The translations under genes and the position numbers were made by a program. Below, in pieces: positions 61,401 to 64,000 of a stretch of DNA of 64,000 bases (positions are counted from its first letter, which is position 1; each line of letters opens with the position of its first letter). The stretch spans positions 45,115,847 to 45,179,846 of the forward strand of contig CP154954.1 of the NCBI GenBank assembly GCA_039621445.1. Direction: 5' to 3'. The DNA is from Euglena gracilis (Eukaryota). Under the pieces are notes generated by a model that was given only the letters and a program-made list of their open reading frames with translations, ran no database searches and was not told the DNA's origin.

Positions 61401-63632
61401 CTTGGGATGTCCACTCGCTTTTCGAGGGTACGATCCACTTGCGCTGTATAAGCTTCTCAATCATTTCATTGAGAGCTTGTTCGCGTTCTCCCGAACAACG
61501 AAAAAATTTCCGGTGCATTGGCTTGGCTCCATCCTTAAGCTCGACCTTACAAACACCGAACGGACCGCGTATCGCGGGGTCGATGTCGCACGCGTATACT
61601 GGATTTTCCAGCACACCGTGGATTTTGCGGGTAATCCGCGAACAGAATTCGGCTGACTTAGGATGCTGACCTGCACTCTCGATGACTGCGGAAACCGCCA
61701 GGGTATCCCTGGGGCTACCGAGCTTCCTCGGCACCGCGAATTCGGACATTCCGAATGCATCGAAGAAACATACGCGAAAAATGATTTCTTGCAAGGGTGG
61801 TAATATTTTACCACAAAAATCCTCAAAAATCGGTACATTAGTGGGTAAATCCCACCAATGAAAACATACATACGATAGTTGGGTGAACCATTCCGCTTCC
61901 GGAATGATGGGTATGAGAATAACTCCACGGGCTTCATCCCGCAGAATTTTCTCAACCGCACATTCGATAAGTTTTGGGGAGGGTGCATCCATAACACCGT
62001 ATCATTCCAAAATTTATCAAATGCGTTGGAGTGTTGTGACCAATGACATGGCAAACGGGCATGTGCATTGGATGAAAAGGCATCGATTTCCAATGCCAAA
62101 TCAAAAGAATCAGCCAATGTCGCGATTTTGGAAAACCATCGTTCCAAAATGCGATATTGACCAAAATTAAAAGCATTCCGTACGCGTTTCGCGTATTCAT
62201 GCACCCGATTTTCGGGTTGAAGGGTAGAAACACAATGAATGGATCCACAAACATGCGAGTTGTCTTCCACTACCTCAAGGGGTAATCCCAAGGGAGTTTG
62301 GACAGGTTGGGGGTTTCCCCATTCCGCATCAAATCCGTACCAGGTGTGATCGCGATTGTAGTTAGGAATGACGCTTTTCGCATTTCCAAACAACGAGGTT
62401 AATCCGCGTTGTTGGAGTACTCGGTGTATCTCCGCGCATTGCGGGCTACAACCAAGTGTATCATGGCGTGTGGATTCCGTATTCGGAATTGTGATTAGTG
62501 TCGGAGTTTCAACTAAACATCCACAATCGAAATCCGATTGGGTGGAAATTCTCCTGCAGTGCACACATTGGAAGGAAGTGTGTTGGTGTGACAGGTGTGC
62601 GTGTAAGTGGGTGTCGATGGCATTAGCCGGTGAGTCTTGTACAGGTGTGCCTGGATTCGGCACAACTGGTGGGAAACGGAGTGGTGGTGTAGCTGGGCGA
62701 CTACTCGACACCGTAATTACTTCAGGCCTTTGGGCTTTCGTCTTGTAACCCAGTGAAACGGCGGGGGTACCGCTACTCGCTTGCCCTGCCTCATGTGGAA
62801 CGCATGTTGGTGTGTCATTGGGCAGGGGGGAGGCTTTCTCCGTACCCCGGGTGTGGAAAACGGTTGGTGGTGTGGTGGATAACGGTGTTGCCATTGTGGG
62901 TAACGGTGTTGGAAAAGTGGTGGTCATCATTGCGGATGCCAACGGTGATGGTGGTTTGGGTGTCAATGAAGTGGTGGGTGCTGTGCGCAAACCGTGGGAG
63001 TGGCAATCCACAACCAATCGGTACTGGTGTAAAAATGGGTATCCCAAAATTACGTCAGACCCGTGAATTCCGGACTCGTAACCCCAAATATTGGTGAAAT
63101 GTTGTAATTGTGGGGGTTGTGAGTGATGCTTCGGAATGATGGGCAAGAGTATCTCGAGCACACATCCCAAATCACCACCACACATGGGGGTGTTATCCGC
63201 GGTTGTAATTTTGATCGGTTTCTTGGCGCTTACCAAGAGCGGGGTCGGTATCAACCCCAACCGAAAGAGCAGTGCAATGCGACAACCAGTGTCAATGAGA
63301 ATTTTAACTTTGGTGGAGAAATTTTGAATGCGGATTTCCGCTTGGACAAGTAATTCCATTGGTGGTACGCAAAGTGAAGGGTCTGGCGGAAATACGTTTG
63401 CATGCCAGCTCTCCCATGAACCCTTTCCTACTTTGCTCAGCATTCCGAGCGGAAATGTGGAGTGGGGGGTAGGGGACCCGAAATGATTCCGGGTACTGAC
63501 CGTGAAGGCGGATGGGCAGGGGGGGTAAGGTTGATCAGGTCTTACCTCCATCTGTTCATCAGCCCAGAGGGCCTGTGCCCTCGGACCTCGGGCTCCCCTA
63601 CTCCAAGTCCGAACCGGCCGCATAGCCGGCAA
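58499..63632 (-). CDS. pol: Pol polyprotein PR-MTase-like-RT-RNaseH-IN-CHD, with two 1-nt frameshifts
   Basis: Protease LIDTGC (~63285-63299) and ILGYPFL. RT WRLVLDYRYLN, FDLEDGFHQ, PMGVKNGP, YIDD (61045-56). RNase H EVDSSDYAVGGVL, REKETYAI, TDH. Integrase HNHGH..CQIC, MDF/SDQD/GRAE, GPCEI. Chromodomain VDKIIDHK..WKVRWKGYGPEEDTWEP. The ORF pieces join if one base is added at homopolymers near 61975 and 59820. Confidence 0.93.
61750..62165 (-). CDS. Dam/DIRS-type DNA N6-adenine methyltransferase-like domain within Pol
   Basis: QYRILERWFSKI..LEIDAFSSNAHARLPCHWSQHSNAFDKFWNDTVLWMHPP/xKLIECAVEKILRDEARGVILIPIIPEAEWFTQL matches the phage-Dam/DIRS pattern: W.L...F, [IL]D.FA...NA, [DN]AF...W, W.NPP..I..V..K, .L+VP......W. 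Recognised by eye. Confidence 0.75.
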
Positions 63633-63999
63633 TGGACTTTTTGGTGGAATAGATGGAATTCAATGAGCGCACCGCCATTCGGGCCTCATTAAATTCCCCG
63701 TCCGAGGTCTCATCTCCCTCCCTGCCCGAAGCCGGGGTGTCCTCCTCCAAACAAGACATCTTGAAACTGACCTTTTGCCGGTTGGAGGAGTAACCACGGT
63801 CATCGCGGCGCTTACCGCGATTTCCGTAGCCGGGCCGGGGGGAACGAGATCTGGGACATTTGGATGCGTGGTGATCTTTGGAACCGCAAAGTGAGCAACG
63901 GGCTTTGTGGCGGGATTCCGCATAACGGGGGGAACGGTATTCCGTTCGACCGTCAAACCGTCGTGGTGAACGGGTTTCCCGTCGACCATGACCGGTGTA
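63598..63999 (-). CDS. gag: Gag C-terminus with CCHC zinc knuckle
   Basis: Open frame not in the ORF track: YTGHGRRETRSPRR...ARCSLCGSKDHHASKCPRSRSPR...AAGSDLE*. CX2CX4HX4C at 63856-63897; TAG at 63598-63600. Confidence 0.85.
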   Translation of the reverse strand, partial: YTGHGRRETRSPRRFDGRTEYRSPRYAESRHKARCSLCGSKDHHASKCPRSRSPRPGYGNRGKRRDDRGYSSNRQKVSFKMSCLEEDTPASGREGDETSDGEFNEARMAVRSLNSIYSTKKSIAGYAAGSDLE

Positions 64000-64000
64000 C

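Larger units (their letters stand above)
52195..64000 (-). mobile_element. Ty3/Gypsy (Metaviridae) chromodomain LTR retrotransposon; 5' end outside the window
   Basis: Domain order gag(CCHC)-PR-[MTase-like]-RT-RNaseH-IN-chromodomain, then a long accessory ORF. The region is free of the microsatellites and MITEs that fill the rest of the window. The left boundary is tentative. Confidence 0.9.

Noticed and set aside
61965-61985. Programmed -1 frameshift inside the MTase-like domain
   Set aside because: CCCCAAAAC is not in X XXY YYZ register with the incoming frame, and a shift mid-domain is better explained by an indel.

Overview
Eukaryotic nuclear DNA, most likely from a euglenid (inferred). 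GC-rich micro-exons are separated by introns that lack GT-AG. Instead their ends base-pair, with CAG at +4..+6 and CTG at -8..-6 (sometimes -9..-7), the known euglenid non-conventional intron signature. From 1-40 kb there are two + strand paralogous TPR genes that both end in a CaaX box. Gene A is 5'-truncated and ends at 4685. Gene B ends at 39560 and has upstream ankyrin-like and ADP-ribosyltransferase-like exons. Introns and intergenic DNA are full of microsatellites and MITEs: hAT-like ones with CAG...CTG ends and 8-bp TSDs, and a TA-duplicating class. Main observation: two introns of gene B are themselves hAT-like insertions with perfect 8-bp TSDs in coding sequence. The 3+5 nt geometry of the splice signal removes exactly the element plus one TSD copy, so these look like introners for the non-conventional pathway. 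The 48-52 kb region holds a decayed non-LTR retroelement with an interstitial (TTAGGG)n tract. The 52-64 kb region holds a near-intact minus-strand Ty3/Gypsy chromodomain retrotransposon. Unusually, it has a Dam/DIRS-like adenine methyltransferase domain between protease and RT, and a ~1,800-codon accessory ORF after integrase. All calls were made by eye; no database search was run.
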